Source: an uncultured bacterium
GTDB taxonomy: Bacteria > Krumholzibacteriota > Krumholzibacteriia > LZORAL124-64-63
Reading direction: 5' to 3'
Length of the DNA: 64,000 nucleotides
NCBI GenBank assembly: GCA_937910695.1
Contig: CALEMW010000148.1
Coordinates: 237-64,236 of the forward strand
The notes below the pieces were generated by a model. It saw only the letters and a program-made list of their open reading frames with translations, had not been told where the DNA came from and did no database searches. Numbering within the stretch: the stretch's first letter is position 1; every line of letters starts with the position of its first letter. A program made the position numbers and the translations under genes. Positions 44,549 through 53,630 of the stretch are shown here, piece after piece.

Positions 44549-46096
44549 CTAGCTCGCGGCCACTTCGGAGTCGCTGATCCAGGCCTGGACCAGGTCGGAC
44601 ATGTCGTCGGTGTTTTCGTCGGCGAAGCCCTTGATCTCCTCGAGGATCTTCTCGGTCGTCGCCGCCGATTCGTCCAGGTCAAGCAGGCCCGAAGGACCCG
44701 TGTTCATGCTGCCTGTGACCGACCGTACGTCTCCGGCGACGATGCCGGCCGGCACGTAAGGAGATTCCATCATCTCGCCGAGATTCTTGCGCATCCGCAT
44801 CAGGATCAGACCGGCGACGACGAACAGGATGATGCGGCCGACGATCTGCATGATGGTGTCGGTGGATTGATTGCCCAGCTTGCCGACGACGCCGCCGCCG
44901 CCGGATCCGCCGACGCCATCGGTCGCGGTCATTCCGCCCAAATCCTGGAACTGCATGTTGGATACCTCGACCCGATCACCGCGCTGGGCGTCGAAGCCCA
45001 CGGCGGTCTGGACGATGCGCTGGATCTGATCGAGGTCTTCGGTCGTCAGGGGTGAGTAGGCGGGCTCGCCACCGTCGACGGGCTGATAACGGCCATCGAC
45101 GAAGACGGCGACCGAAAGGCTCTTCACGCCGCCGACCTCGCCGACAACGGTTTCGATGGTCTTGTTCAGTTCGTAGTTGGAAACCGAGGTCTCCTCCCCG
45201 CCCTCGCCTTCGGCGCCGGTCACCTCGGTGCGTTCCTCGCTCAACAGGGTGCCGTCGGGGTCGTAGTGTTCGCGCTGCTGTTCGATACGGTCGAAGTTCA
45301 GGGTCGCGTCGACGCGTACGATGGAGCGTCCCATGCCCAGCACCGTGTTGAGCATGCTCTCGGCCTTTTCGGACAGGTAGCCGTCGACTTCCTTCTTCAT
45401 GGCCAACTGGCTTTCGCTGCCGCCGAGCATGTCGTTGTCGTAACTCCGCGAGAGGACCACGCCGAACTGGTCGATGACGGATACGTTGGGCAGTTCCAGG
45501 CCTTCGACGCTGTTGGCGACCATGGACTGGATGCCGTTGATCTGATGATCGCTGAGCACCGAACTGCGGTTGAGGTTCAGCACGACCGAGGCGGTGGCCG
45601 ATTCCTGCATCGATTTGAAGATCGAAGGCTTGGGCAGCACCAGGTGGATCCTCGCGCTCTGAATGCCCTGCAGACCTTCGATGGTTCGGGTCAGCTCACC
45701 TTCGAGGGCGCGCTTGAAGTTGACGTTCTGCACGAATTCGGTCATGCCGTACTGCTTGCCGTCGAAAATGCCCCAGCCCACGATCCCCTGGGACGGAATG
45801 CCCCGCGCCGACAGCTCCACGCGCATGCGGGAGACCGAGTCCTCGGAAACGAGGATGGTCGTGCCGCCGTTGCTGAGCTCGGCTTCGATGTCGAGCTTGG
45901 CCAGCTCGCTGAGGGCCGCCGATGCGTCTTCAGGGCTCAGATTGGTGAACAGGACCGCCATCTCCTCGCTTTGCAGCCAGAAGCTGAAGATCACGACGCT
46001 CAGGATCATGGTGACCCCGATGGCGCCCATCAGCACCTTCTGGTTGAAGGTGAAGCGGCGAGTCATTTCGTTCATCTGCTGTAGCAAGTTCGTCAT
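44549..46096 (-). CDS. fliF: MS-ring protein FliF
   Basis: RALEGELTRTI, ASVVL and RGDRVEV; two TM helices. Confidence 0.97.
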   Translation of the reverse strand: MTNLLQQMNEMTRRFTFNQKVLMGAIGVTMILSVVIFSFWLQSEEMAVLFTNLSPEDASAALSELAKLDIEAELSNGGTTILVSEDSVSRMRVELSARGIPSQGIVGWGIFDGKQYGMTEFVQNVNFKRALEGELTRTIEGLQGIQSARIHLVLPKPSIFKSMQESATASVVLNLNRSSVLSDHQINGIQSMVANSVEGLELPNVSVIDQFGVVLSRSYDNDMLGGSESQLAMKKEVDGYLSEKAESMLNTVLGMGRSIVRVDATLNFDRIEQQREHYDPDGTLLSEERTEVTGAEGEGGEETSVSNYELNKTIETVVGEVGGVKSLSVAVFVDGRYQPVDGGEPAYSPLTTEDLDQIQRIVQTAVGFDAQRGDRVEVSNMQFQDLGGMTATDGVGGSGGGGVVGKLGNQSTDTIMQIVGRIILFVVAGLILMRMRKNLGEMMESPYVPAGIVAGDVRSVTGSMNTGPSGLLDLDESAATTEKILEEIKGFADENTDDMSDLVQAWISDSEVAAS

Positions 46097-46115
46097 GGTG
46101 CTCCGTCAGCTTGTT

Positions 46116-46418
46116 CTAGACCTGCATCTGCATGATTTGCTGGTAGCTCTCCAGCAGCTTGTTTCTCACTTCAAGCATCAACTCGAACGACAGTTGGGCC
46201 TCTTCGGCCGCGATCATCACGTCGTGGACTTCGCCGATTTCACCGGTGACCATGGACTGCACCGCATCGTCGCGTCGCAGCTGCGACTGGTCCACATTCT
46301 CGACTGCATCCTTCAGGTGGTTCAAGAACGACGTGGCGCCGCCTTGGTCGGCTTTCTGCAAGCCGTAGGCCTGACGCGGGTCGGTGATCCCACCGAGTTT
46401 GATTTGTCCGATCGACAT
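46116..46418 (-). CDS. fliE: FliE
   Basis: HDVMIA...VRNKLLESYQQIMQMQV. Confidence 0.97.
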   Translation of the reverse strand: MSIGQIKLGGITDPRQAYGLQKADQGGATSFLNHLKDAVENVDQSQLRRDDAVQSMVTGEIGEVHDVMIAAEEAQLSFELMLEVRNKLLESYQQIMQMQV

Positions 46419-46433
46419 CCTTCATCCCCCCGC

Positions 46434-46943
46434 TTAGATGTCCAACGCCTTGGCGAACATCTGCTTGGCGCTCTGCACCGCGGCGATGTTGGCCTCGTAG
46501 GCGCGGCTGGCCGTGATCATGTCCACCATCTCGGTGATCACGTTCACGTTCGGCATCAGCACGTATCCCTCTTCGTCGGCGTCCGGATGGCCCGGATCGT
46601 AGACGACCTTGAATTCCGAAGCGTCCTCGGCGATGTCCACTTCCGAATCCACACCGGTCGGAGTGGCGTAACGGCCGCTGGCCGGCCCGCCGGCGATATG
46701 GCGCGAACGACTCGTCAGCAGACCGTCGCGAGGCTGGGACTGCACCTTGGACAGCGCGGTGCTTTTCATTTTTTCGGCCAGTGACTGGGAAAACACCACA
46801 CGTTCGCGGCGGTAGGGCGTGCCGTCGGCCGTGCGCGTGGTCTCGGCATTGGCTAGATTCTTGGCGATGGTGTCCATTTTCGTGCGCTGGCCCGAGAGGC
46901 CGCTGGCACTGAGTCGAATGGAACTGAAGAGGCCTTGGCTCAT
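46434..46943 (-). CDS. flgC: Rod protein FlgC
   Basis: NLANAETT, PYRR, YDPGHPDAD and SRAYEAN. Confidence 0.98.
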   Translation of the reverse strand: MSQGLFSSIRLSASGLSGQRTKMDTIAKNLANAETTRTADGTPYRRERVVFSQSLAEKMKSTALSKVQSQPRDGLLTSRSRHIAGGPASGRYATPTGVDSEVDIAEDASEFKVVYDPGHPDADEEGYVLMPNVNVITEMVDMITASRAYEANIAAVQSAKQMFAKALDI

Positions 46944-46957
46944 CGTTCACTCCCCTG

Positions 46958-47368
46958 CTAGCGGACCCGGCCGCTGATCGCCTCGCGCATGACGTTGTAC
47001 TTCATGCTCAAGACGCGTGTGGCAAGCCGGTAGGACAGCTCGGTGGTGGCGATTTCTGTCATTTCCTGGTCCACGTTCACGTCGTTCACGCCGTTGTCGA
47101 AGCCGGTGTCCTGGGCTGAAATCTTGCCGTTGGTGTTCAGGATGTCGTTGCGGCCCACGGGCATGTGGCCTTCCCGCGTCGTCTTGCCCTGCAGCGTGTT
47201 GCCGCGGGCCTTCTGGAGCATTTCCTCGAACTTGTACTCCTGAGCCTTATAGCCCCCGGTCTCGACGTTGGCGATATTCTCGGCCGTCACGCGCTGGCGA
47301 CGTGCATAGACCGTCAACGCCTTCTTCAGGTGGTCTAGATGGGCTCGATCAAAGATCGTGCTTTCCAC
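46958..47368 (-). CDS. flgB: Rod protein FlgB
   Basis: ENIANVETGGYKA and NDVNVDQEM. Confidence 0.95.
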   Translation of the reverse strand: MESTIFDRAHLDHLKKALTVYARRQRVTAENIANVETGGYKAQEYKFEEMLQKARGNTLQGKTTREGHMPVGRNDILNTNGKISAQDTGFDNGVNDVNVDQEMTEIATTELSYRLATRVLSMKYNVMREAISGRVR

Positions 47369-47418
47369 GTCGCTCCTTTCCGTTTCGGTTCGCGGGCTAC
47401 TCGAATCCGGTCTTCTCT

Positions 47419-47434
47419 ATCAAGGACCGTGCCT
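47419..47434 (-). promoter_or_regulatory. Putative sigma54 promoter for the flgB operon
   Basis: AGGCACGGTCCTTGAT (GG-N10-GA variant), about 50 nt upstream of flgB. Confidence 0.55.
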
Positions 47435-47441
47435 GCCGGGG

Positions 47442-47822
47442 TCAAACACCCGCAGCAGCGGCCAGGAAGAGACGGTCCGTTTCCGCCTCAAGGTTCAAGA
47501 CGTCCTCGATCAGTTCCCCGAGCTGAGACAGGCATTCCTTGATCCGGACGCACAGCACATCGTCGGTGGCATAACGGAGGCGCTCCCAGACGGCCTTGGC
47601 GCCGTCGAAGCCCGATTCCATGTTGGCGATCATGTCCAGCATCGTACGCTTGCGCTCGAAGATCCCGCGGATGTCCTCGAGATCACCGCCGGTGCGTACT
47701 GCGGCGACCTGTCGCTTCGTCAGCGTGAGGATCTCGGCGTACATGCAGCGTTCGCGCTCGTAGAGCCCCAAGAGCCCGTTCAGAGCATCGCGCTCAGCGA
47801 CTGTGAACGACATCGGTGCCAT
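47442..47822 (-). CDS. Hypothetical helical protein, FlgN/FliT-like
   Basis: About 126 aa, all-helical pattern (YAEILTLTKRQ...IFERKRTMLDMI) resembling flagellar chaperones. Confidence 0.6.
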   Translation of the reverse strand: MAPMSFTVAERDALNGLLGLYERERCMYAEILTLTKRQVAAVRTGGDLEDIRGIFERKRTMLDMIANMESGFDGAKAVWERLRYATDDVLCVRIKECLSQLGELIEDVLNLEAETDRLFLAAAAGV

Positions 47823-48873
47823 AGGGCTCACCTTCCTTCCTGATCTCGTCGAGCTGGCTGACGAGCGTTGCCATCTCGCAGGCCCTGCCGGCCCATGATG
47901 TGTGTTCCGAATCGGTGCAGAAGCTTGAGTAGATCGCCCCGGCCTGGGCGTATTCGCCCGCCAGCAGGTGTTGATTGGCCACCTGGTAGCGTCCCCAGTC
48001 GCCGTCCACGCCGTCCAGTTCGGCCAGCAGGATGTAGAGGCGCAGAGCATCGTCTTGAAATCCGGCGAGATAATGCAGATCTGCATACGTTCGCATCACC
48101 CATCCGCGCTGCTCACCGCTGAGTTGTTCGGGAGCCCCGGTGCGGGCCATCAGCCGTCTCAGGCTCGCCAGACAGCCGTCACGGTCGTCTCGAACTGCTT
48201 GAACGTAGGCGTACCAGAACCAGAGACGTGGACCGAGTCCTGACATCTGAACCTCGATCTTACGCATGAGATGATCCAGGTTCTGCTCGTCGCCGCTGAC
48301 CACAAGCCAGCGGACAGCGGTTTCGACGGTGCTTTCGTAGCGGGCGAGGTCTTTGCGACCGACCAGGTTCAACAGTTCCCGCGTCACCTGAAGCGAATCT
48401 CCTGTCATCACCGCCACGGCGAAGATCTCCTGCCGCAGATCGGCGTCGTCTGCCGTCGCCCCGGGATTCGCTTCGGCGCGTCGATACCAGCGCAGCGCTT
48501 CGGCATATTCACCGACTTCGCGATAGCTACGGGCCGTCGTGATGTTCTGTTCAGGTGAGAAGGCTTCGGCGCGCTTCCATTCACGGACCAGAAAGTCTTC
48601 GAGAACCAGAAGAGAGCGCGTTGCGGTCAGCAGACGATCACTGGACATGGCCATGGTGTCACGTTGAACAGCCATCGACAGTCCGGGAAAGGACAGGACG
48701 GCTTCGACGTCGCCGGCGTGGTCTTGGTGAATCTTGACCCAGGTATGGTAGCGGTAGAAATCCGACCGACTCAGCCGTGGGGCCGCCTGAAGATCACCCA
48801 CGGCAATGAGTGACAGCAGGGCGATCGCCAGCCAAGCGGATGGGATGTTCGAGCACAAAAGGCGCAAAGACAT
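47794..48873 (-). CDS. Exported TPR-like protein
   Basis: Signal peptide and TPR-like helices (ARSYREVGEYAEALRWY; YLAGFQDDALRLY); GGAG RBS. Confidence 0.75.
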   Translation of the reverse strand: MSLRLLCSNIPSAWLAIALLSLIAVGDLQAAPRLSRSDFYRYHTWVKIHQDHAGDVEAVLSFPGLSMAVQRDTMAMSSDRLLTATRSLLVLEDFLVREWKRAEAFSPEQNITTARSYREVGEYAEALRWYRRAEANPGATADDADLRQEIFAVAVMTGDSLQVTRELLNLVGRKDLARYESTVETAVRWLVVSGDEQNLDHLMRKIEVQMSGLGPRLWFWYAYVQAVRDDRDGCLASLRRLMARTGAPEQLSGEQRGWVMRTYADLHYLAGFQDDALRLYILLAELDGVDGDWGRYQVANQHLLAGEYAQAGAIYSSFCTDSEHTSWAGRACEMATLVSQLDEIRKEGEPYGTDVVHSR

Positions 48874-48916
48874 GGTGTTCCACTCCTGGATACGTGGTCG
48901 CAACTAGGAGTGGAAA

Positions 48917-48932
48917 CGCAAACCCCGTGCCT
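48917..48932 (-). promoter_or_regulatory. Sigma54 promoter for the TPR gene
   Basis: AGGCACGGGGTTTGCG (GG-N10-GC). Confidence 0.75.
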
Positions 48933-48948
48933 GCGGGCACGGGGTTGC
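48918..48948 (-). terminator. Hairpin after the response regulator (possible terminator)
   Basis: 11-bp stem AACCCCGTGCC/GGCACGGGGTT with a 4-nt loop, followed by TGCGTTT. Confidence 0.55.
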
Positions 48949-48980
48949 TGAGGTGGGAATGTCGGTCTCTCGAGTCGGAG

Positions 48981-50426
48981 TCAGCAACCGGCCTGTTCTT
49001 CGTCCGCCTGTTCGTACTGGCGCAATTTCTCCCGGAGCGTCTGACGGGAGATCCCCAGGATCCGGGCCGCCTTCGACTTGTTGTTCTCCGTCTTCTCCAG
49101 AGTGTAGAGAATCTGATGCCTCTCCACGTCGGCCAGCGACACGAGACCCGCTCCGGGGCCCGTCGGTGCATCGGAGCCCAGACGCGGATCCCGGCCTTCG
49201 GCGATGTGACGTGGGAAGAGGGAACTCGAGAGTTCCGACGGCTCCTCGAGAATCATGATGCGCTTGAGCACATTGCGCATTTCACGGACGTTCCCCGGCC
49301 AGGGGTAGCGCTGAAGAGTCTCGATCAGCGCTTGATCCGGAGCAGCGCACTCCAGGCCCAGTTTCTGGTTGAACTCCTGGACGAAGGCTGTGAGCAGCAC
49401 GCCGACGTCTTCGGGGCGCTCCCGAAGCGGCGGAATATTCACCTCGACCACCTGCAGTCGGTAATAGAGATCGTTGCGGAACAACCCCTCGCTGATGGCC
49501 TCCTCCAGCTCGCGGTTCGTGGCCGCGACGATACGGGCGTCGACACTCAGCTCATCCTTGCCCCCCACGCGACGGAAGCGGCGGTTCTCGATGACCCGCA
49601 GCAGTCGACTCTGGAGCAGAATGCCCATTTCGCCGATCTCATCAAGGAAGATGGTGCCGGTCCCGGCGACTTCGAACAGGCCCTCCTTGCGGGACTTGGC
49701 GTCGGTGAAGGCGCCTTTCTCGTGTCCCATGAGTTCGCTTTCCAGCAGCGTTTCCGGTACGGCAGCGCAGTTGATCTCCATGAACGGAGCGTTGGGCACG
49801 CCGCTCACTTCGTGGATGGCTCGGGCCACGATCTCCTTGCCGCTGCCGCTTTCACCACGGATCAGCACGGAGGTGTCGTTGCCGGCCCGGCTGGCGCCGA
49901 CCTTTTCCAGGAGATTGCGGATGGGCGTCAGGCCGGGGCAGGCGCGGATCATCTCCATGTAAGGCGTTGCGCTCGCGACGGCCGAGCGAACCGCACTGCG
50001 CTGTCGGGTGCGGGGACGTTCCGCCGGAGCTTCCTGTGCTGGCATGTCGATGTCGCCGGGACGCGTCGCCCGCAGCGCCGCACGGACCTGGCTGCGCATG
50101 GTGCCGAGCTTGAAGGGCTTTTGGATGAAGTCGTAGGCCCCGAGGCGCATGCTCTCCACGGCGGTGTCCACGTCACCGTAAGCCGTCATCATGATGATGG
50201 GAGTCTCCCTGCCCTGATTGCGCAGGGCCTGGAGGAGTTCGAGTCCTGAAACGCCTGGCATCTTCAGGTCGGTCACCACGAGATCGAAAGACTCGTTGTG
50301 GAGCATGGCGAGGGCGGCCTCCCCTGTCTCCGCCCCGGAGACTTCGTAGCCGTCTGTGCGCAGGGCTTCCTCCAGGGACTCCCTGATGGCAGCCTCGTCG
50401 TCGACGATCAGGATGCGTTCGCTCAT
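48981..50426 (-). CDS. Sigma54-dependent response regulator (FleR/FlgR/FlrC-like)
   Basis: Receiver with IVDDE, TDLKMP and KP; GESGSGKE, GAFTDA, WPGNVRE and an HTH. Confidence 0.95.
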   Translation of the reverse strand: MSERILIVDDEAAIRESLEEALRTDGYEVSGAETGEAALAMLHNESFDLVVTDLKMPGVSGLELLQALRNQGRETPIIMMTAYGDVDTAVESMRLGAYDFIQKPFKLGTMRSQVRAALRATRPGDIDMPAQEAPAERPRTRQRSAVRSAVASATPYMEMIRACPGLTPIRNLLEKVGASRAGNDTSVLIRGESGSGKEIVARAIHEVSGVPNAPFMEINCAAVPETLLESELMGHEKGAFTDAKSRKEGLFEVAGTGTIFLDEIGEMGILLQSRLLRVIENRRFRRVGGKDELSVDARIVAATNRELEEAISEGLFRNDLYYRLQVVEVNIPPLRERPEDVGVLLTAFVQEFNQKLGLECAAPDQALIETLQRYPWPGNVREMRNVLKRIMILEEPSELSSSLFPRHIAEGRDPRLGSDAPTGPGAGLVSLADVERHQILYTLEKTENNKSKAARILGISRQTLREKLRQYEQADEEQAGC

Positions 50427-52579
50427 GCTCTTTCCTCTTTCTCTCGATGGGTCCGGTCGCACGTTTCGGGCAGCAGGACGGAGAACACCGTCTCGGCTCC
50501 CTGACGTTCAGCCCGCAGATTCCCCCCGTGGGCCTCGACGATTTTCAAACAGATGGGCAGTCCGAGCCCGGTACCGGCGCTCTTGGTGGTGAAGAAGGGA
50601 CGGAAGAGGGACTCCGGTGGCGTGGCGCCGAAACCGGCTCCCCGATCCGCCACGCGCAGATGAAGGCCCGGGCGGCGCTGACGCAGTCCGGTGGCGTCGT
50701 CCTCGAATTCCAGGGTCCGCTGACGTCGCACCGTGATCGCCACGGTGCCGCCGCTGGGCGACGCGTCGACGGCGTTGAACAGGAGGTTCAGGGCCACCTG
50801 CTTGAGCAGGGCCCCATCGCACTCCCACGATCGGGCGTCGGGATCCAGGTCGAGAGCGAACGACAGACCTTTCTCCTGCGCCCGCGGCCGGGTCAGCTCC
50901 ACGGAATCGCGCAGGAGTCGGTCCAGATCGCAATCGGACCGACGCGGTTCACAGGGCCTCACGAACTGGAGCATGCGGGTGATCGTCTCGTTGATCCGAT
51001 CCACTTCGCTGGTGATCACATCGATATAGCGACGTCGAGGGTCCTGCTGGTCGAGATGGTCGGCCAGGAGCTCGGCTTGGGCGCTCAGCCCCATCAGGGG
51101 ATTGCGGATCTCGTGGGCCAGCGTGGCGGACATCTCCACCATGCTCTGCAGGCTGTCCGCCCGCAGGCGTTCGGCCGCCAGCTTCTTGGTTTCGCGCAGA
51201 TCCTCGAGCACGACCACGAGCCAGCGTTCGTCCTGGCCGCGGCCCTGCATCTGCGACGACGTCACCAGCACGGGTATCGCGATATCGCCCCGGTGGACCA
51301 TCCCCTCCCCCTGAAAATGCCCTGCAGGTGCCGAGCCGAGGGTGACGAAGGGCAGAGCCTCGCCGTCGCCCAGCTTCAACAACCCGTCGAGAAAGAGTTC
51401 GGAGAGGTCTTCGGGAGCAAAGGACTCGCGTCGAAAGAATTCGGCGCCGGCACGGCTTTGGGCGGCGCTGCGACCGCGTCCCACACCGAGCCGCGGTTCG
51501 GTTTGGAGCGCCGGTTCATGGGCCCGGCCGGACAGCATCTCCCGCGCGATCCTGTTGCAGTAGATGGTGCGCGCCTGCTCGTCCACGACCCAGATGCCGC
51601 TCTGAACGGTCTCGAGAACCCGGGCGTTGAAGATGCTCAGTTCGCGCATGCGATCGAGCATCTGGGCCGCAGCCACCTCTTCGGAGAGGATGACCTGAAC
51701 GGCACGCAGGAATGCCTGGAGATCACCGGATGTCTCATCATCGTCGAGACCCAGCAACAGCAGATACCCGAAACCGATGCCCATGTGTTCCAGGGGCATG
51801 GCCGTCACCCTGCGTGAGGCGTCGGACGAAAGCTGGAAGACTTCGGCGTCCTGGTCGCGACGACGGGCGGCGTGCGCTTCCTCGAGATGGAGCAGAACTC
51901 GGTCCCAGGGCGAATCGTCCCACTGCCAGGTCTGCCGCGGCGCGAACGGGGCGTCCGGGGCTGGACGCAGCACGAGGGCGGCACCGTCGGCGCCCACGAA
52001 TCCCGAGAGGTTTTCGAGCAGTCGGGCCAGGGTGTCGTCCCAGTTGCGGGCCGTGCTCAGTTCTCGGCCGAACTGGTAGAGCAACGACAACTGCTGCGTG
52101 TGGCGCGTGAGTTCGCTGTGAGCGCGGGCGAGATCCTCGCCGGTGGCGTCCAGCTGCCTCTGAAGATCGAGGCGGTGACGGCGAAGCCGATCGGTGTTTG
52201 TCGCATGTTCACGGGCGAGGTCCTGCCTGGCGCGCAAGGCCTCGAAGCGTTCGGCCAACCGATCCCTCAGAGCGAGCCAGGCGGCATGGCTGGCGTCCAT
52301 GGCGAGCAGGTCGGAGGCTCCAGCACGAACGGCGGCCACGAGCAGGTCCTCCGAAGTGCCGTCATGGAGCAACACGACAATCTCGCCGCTGCGGCGAGCG
52401 TCGCGCATGACCATCAACGCCTCATCAGGATCGCCATCCACGATCACCAGCATGGCGCCGATCTCGACAGGCAGCGCAGCCTCGACGATCCCGGACATCG
52501 TTTGCAAACGTCCAGAACGCCAAAGCCGTGTCGGATGCGGCCATTCGAGATCATTGGGAAGAGAATCACGGGTGGACAT
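50423..52579 (-). CDS. Cytoplasmic sensor histidine kinase (pseudo-receiver/GAF/PAS-like, HisKA, HATPase)
   Basis: LAHEIRNPL, NLLFNA, DRGAG and PFFTTK..GTGLGL; no TM helix; ATGA-coupled to the regulator. Confidence 0.93.
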   Translation of the reverse strand: MSTRDSLPNDLEWPHPTRLWRSGRLQTMSGIVEAALPVEIGAMLVIVDGDPDEALMVMRDARRSGEIVVLLHDGTSEDLLVAAVRAGASDLLAMDASHAAWLALRDRLAERFEALRARQDLAREHATNTDRLRRHRLDLQRQLDATGEDLARAHSELTRHTQQLSLLYQFGRELSTARNWDDTLARLLENLSGFVGADGAALVLRPAPDAPFAPRQTWQWDDSPWDRVLLHLEEAHAARRRDQDAEVFQLSSDASRRVTAMPLEHMGIGFGYLLLLGLDDDETSGDLQAFLRAVQVILSEEVAAAQMLDRMRELSIFNARVLETVQSGIWVVDEQARTIYCNRIAREMLSGRAHEPALQTEPRLGVGRGRSAAQSRAGAEFFRRESFAPEDLSELFLDGLLKLGDGEALPFVTLGSAPAGHFQGEGMVHRGDIAIPVLVTSSQMQGRGQDERWLVVVLEDLRETKKLAAERLRADSLQSMVEMSATLAHEIRNPLMGLSAQAELLADHLDQQDPRRRYIDVITSEVDRINETITRMLQFVRPCEPRRSDCDLDRLLRDSVELTRPRAQEKGLSFALDLDPDARSWECDGALLKQVALNLLFNAVDASPSGGTVAITVRRQRTLEFEDDATGLRQRRPGLHLRVADRGAGFGATPPESLFRPFFTTKSAGTGLGLPICLKIVEAHGGNLRAERQGAETVFSVLLPETCDRTHREKEERA

Positions 52580-52628
52580 GAGAGTCCAACCCCCGAATGT
52601 TCAAGGAGTTGTGTTGATTCTTGGCCGG

Positions 52629-52657
52629 AGTGTAAAAATATTGGCCAGTAGAGGCAA
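52629..52657 (-). promoter_or_regulatory. Sigma70 promoter for the kinase/regulator pair
   Basis: TTGCCT-N17-TACACT. Confidence 0.65.
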
Positions 52658-52671
52658 GCAAAATATCGCCG

Positions 52672-52693
52672 GACGACGCCGAACGGCGCCGTC
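52672..52693 (-). terminator. Hairpin downstream of flgM
   Basis: GACGGCGCC-GTTC-GGCGTCGTC; the U-tract is displaced by about 8 nt. Confidence 0.45.
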
Positions 52694-52720
52694 GCAGCTG
52701 AATGTCGTGCCGGCTCGGAG

Positions 52721-53095
52721 CTAGCTGACGAAGAGGTCGAGGATCTTCATCACCCGAGCGAGGCTCTCGGCAACCTGTTCGCGAACCATTGCTGTATCGT
52801 AATCCCCGTTCAACAGGCGTTCGCGGACTTCGTCAATGCGCTGTTGCCTCAGATCGGGTTCCTTGGCCACCGCGGCCTCTCCGGCCTTGAGCGTCTCGTT
52901 CAGGCGCTCATACCGCTCTGCGAGGTCGGAACGCTCGAAGCGTTCGCCCTGAACCTCGAGGTTCTGGGTCACGGTCTCCTGAGTGGGCGTCGTCCCGCTA
53001 TCCTTGACCTGGCCTTTATCCTGGGACTGCTGAGTCCGCTGGAACTGAGCCAAGGCCTGCTGGCGTAACGAGAGATCGATTTTGTTGGTCGCCAT
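52721..53095 (-). CDS. flgM: Anti-sigma28 factor FlgM
   Basis: PDLRQQRIDEVRERLLNGDY motif; sigma28 promoter upstream. Confidence 0.82.
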   Translation of the reverse strand: MATNKIDLSLRQQALAQFQRTQQSQDKGQVKDSGTTPTQETVTQNLEVQGERFERSDLAERYERLNETLKAGEAAVAKEPDLRQQRIDEVRERLLNGDYDTAMVREQVAESLARVMKILDLFVS

Positions 53096-53211
53096 CCCTG
53101 TGTCTCCTTGCTGTCAGGCGATCGTGTCATCCTGGACGGTCTGACGGAGCGTGTGAAGCAATGTTGAGGCCAGATCCTCCGTCAGGATCACCTGAGCGTT
53201 CTTGAGTCATA

Positions 53212-53238
53212 TCATCGACCCATTCATCAATAACTTTA
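53212..53238 (-). promoter_or_regulatory. Sigma28 promoter for flgM
   Basis: TAAA-N15-GTCGATGA. Confidence 0.75.
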
Positions 53239-53499
53239 GCATTATTTACGCTATGGTGCTGTGATTGTCTTATTGTCCGCTTCGTATGCCGGAAGCATAT
53301 CTGAGGACTGACTATATATACAGTCACAATCATCAAAGACGAATGGAACGGGTCTCATTCTGAACATGCAGGACAAGCAGCATTCGGCAGCCTGGGTCAA
53401 CGGTATCATGCCGACCGTGCTCGACTCCTTGGATGGAGCACGAGACGACTCTCCCAAGCCAAGCATGAAACAGACTTCAAAATAAAAGGAATTAAAAGC

Positions 53500-53527
53500 T
53501 CAAGTTCGCGGCGCTGCAGTCCGATAA
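53500..53527 (+). promoter_or_regulatory. Sigma28 promoter for flagellin
   Basis: TCAAG-N15-TCCGATAA, preceded by an A-rich UP-element-like tract. Confidence 0.8.
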
Positions 53528-53540
53528 CAAATCCAGTTGC

Positions 53541-53630
53541 GGATGGACCCAGGTTCAGCGGCGCTCTACGGACGGATCCAAGGACGCCACCTGGACATCA
53601 CACATGACCCGTTCGTTCTTTCAAGGAGGA
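53541..53630 (+). promoter_or_regulatory. Putative CsrA-binding flagellin leader
   Basis: Eight GGA motifs (five ANGGA) in 90 nt, the last two in the RBS; csrA and fliW are nearby. Confidence 0.65.

Noticed and set aside
47369-47441. c-di-GMP riboswitch upstream of flgB
   Set aside because: No GEMM-type motifs recognised; the region is explained by a promoter and RBS.
52697-52712. Sigma54-like CGGCACGACATTCAGC upstream of the kinase
   Set aside because: The -12 element is missing; a better sigma70 motif lies downstream.
53127-53466. Small minus-strand ORFs (69 aa and 71 aa)
   Set aside because: Atypical composition, no convincing RBS, and both lie in the flgM promoter region.
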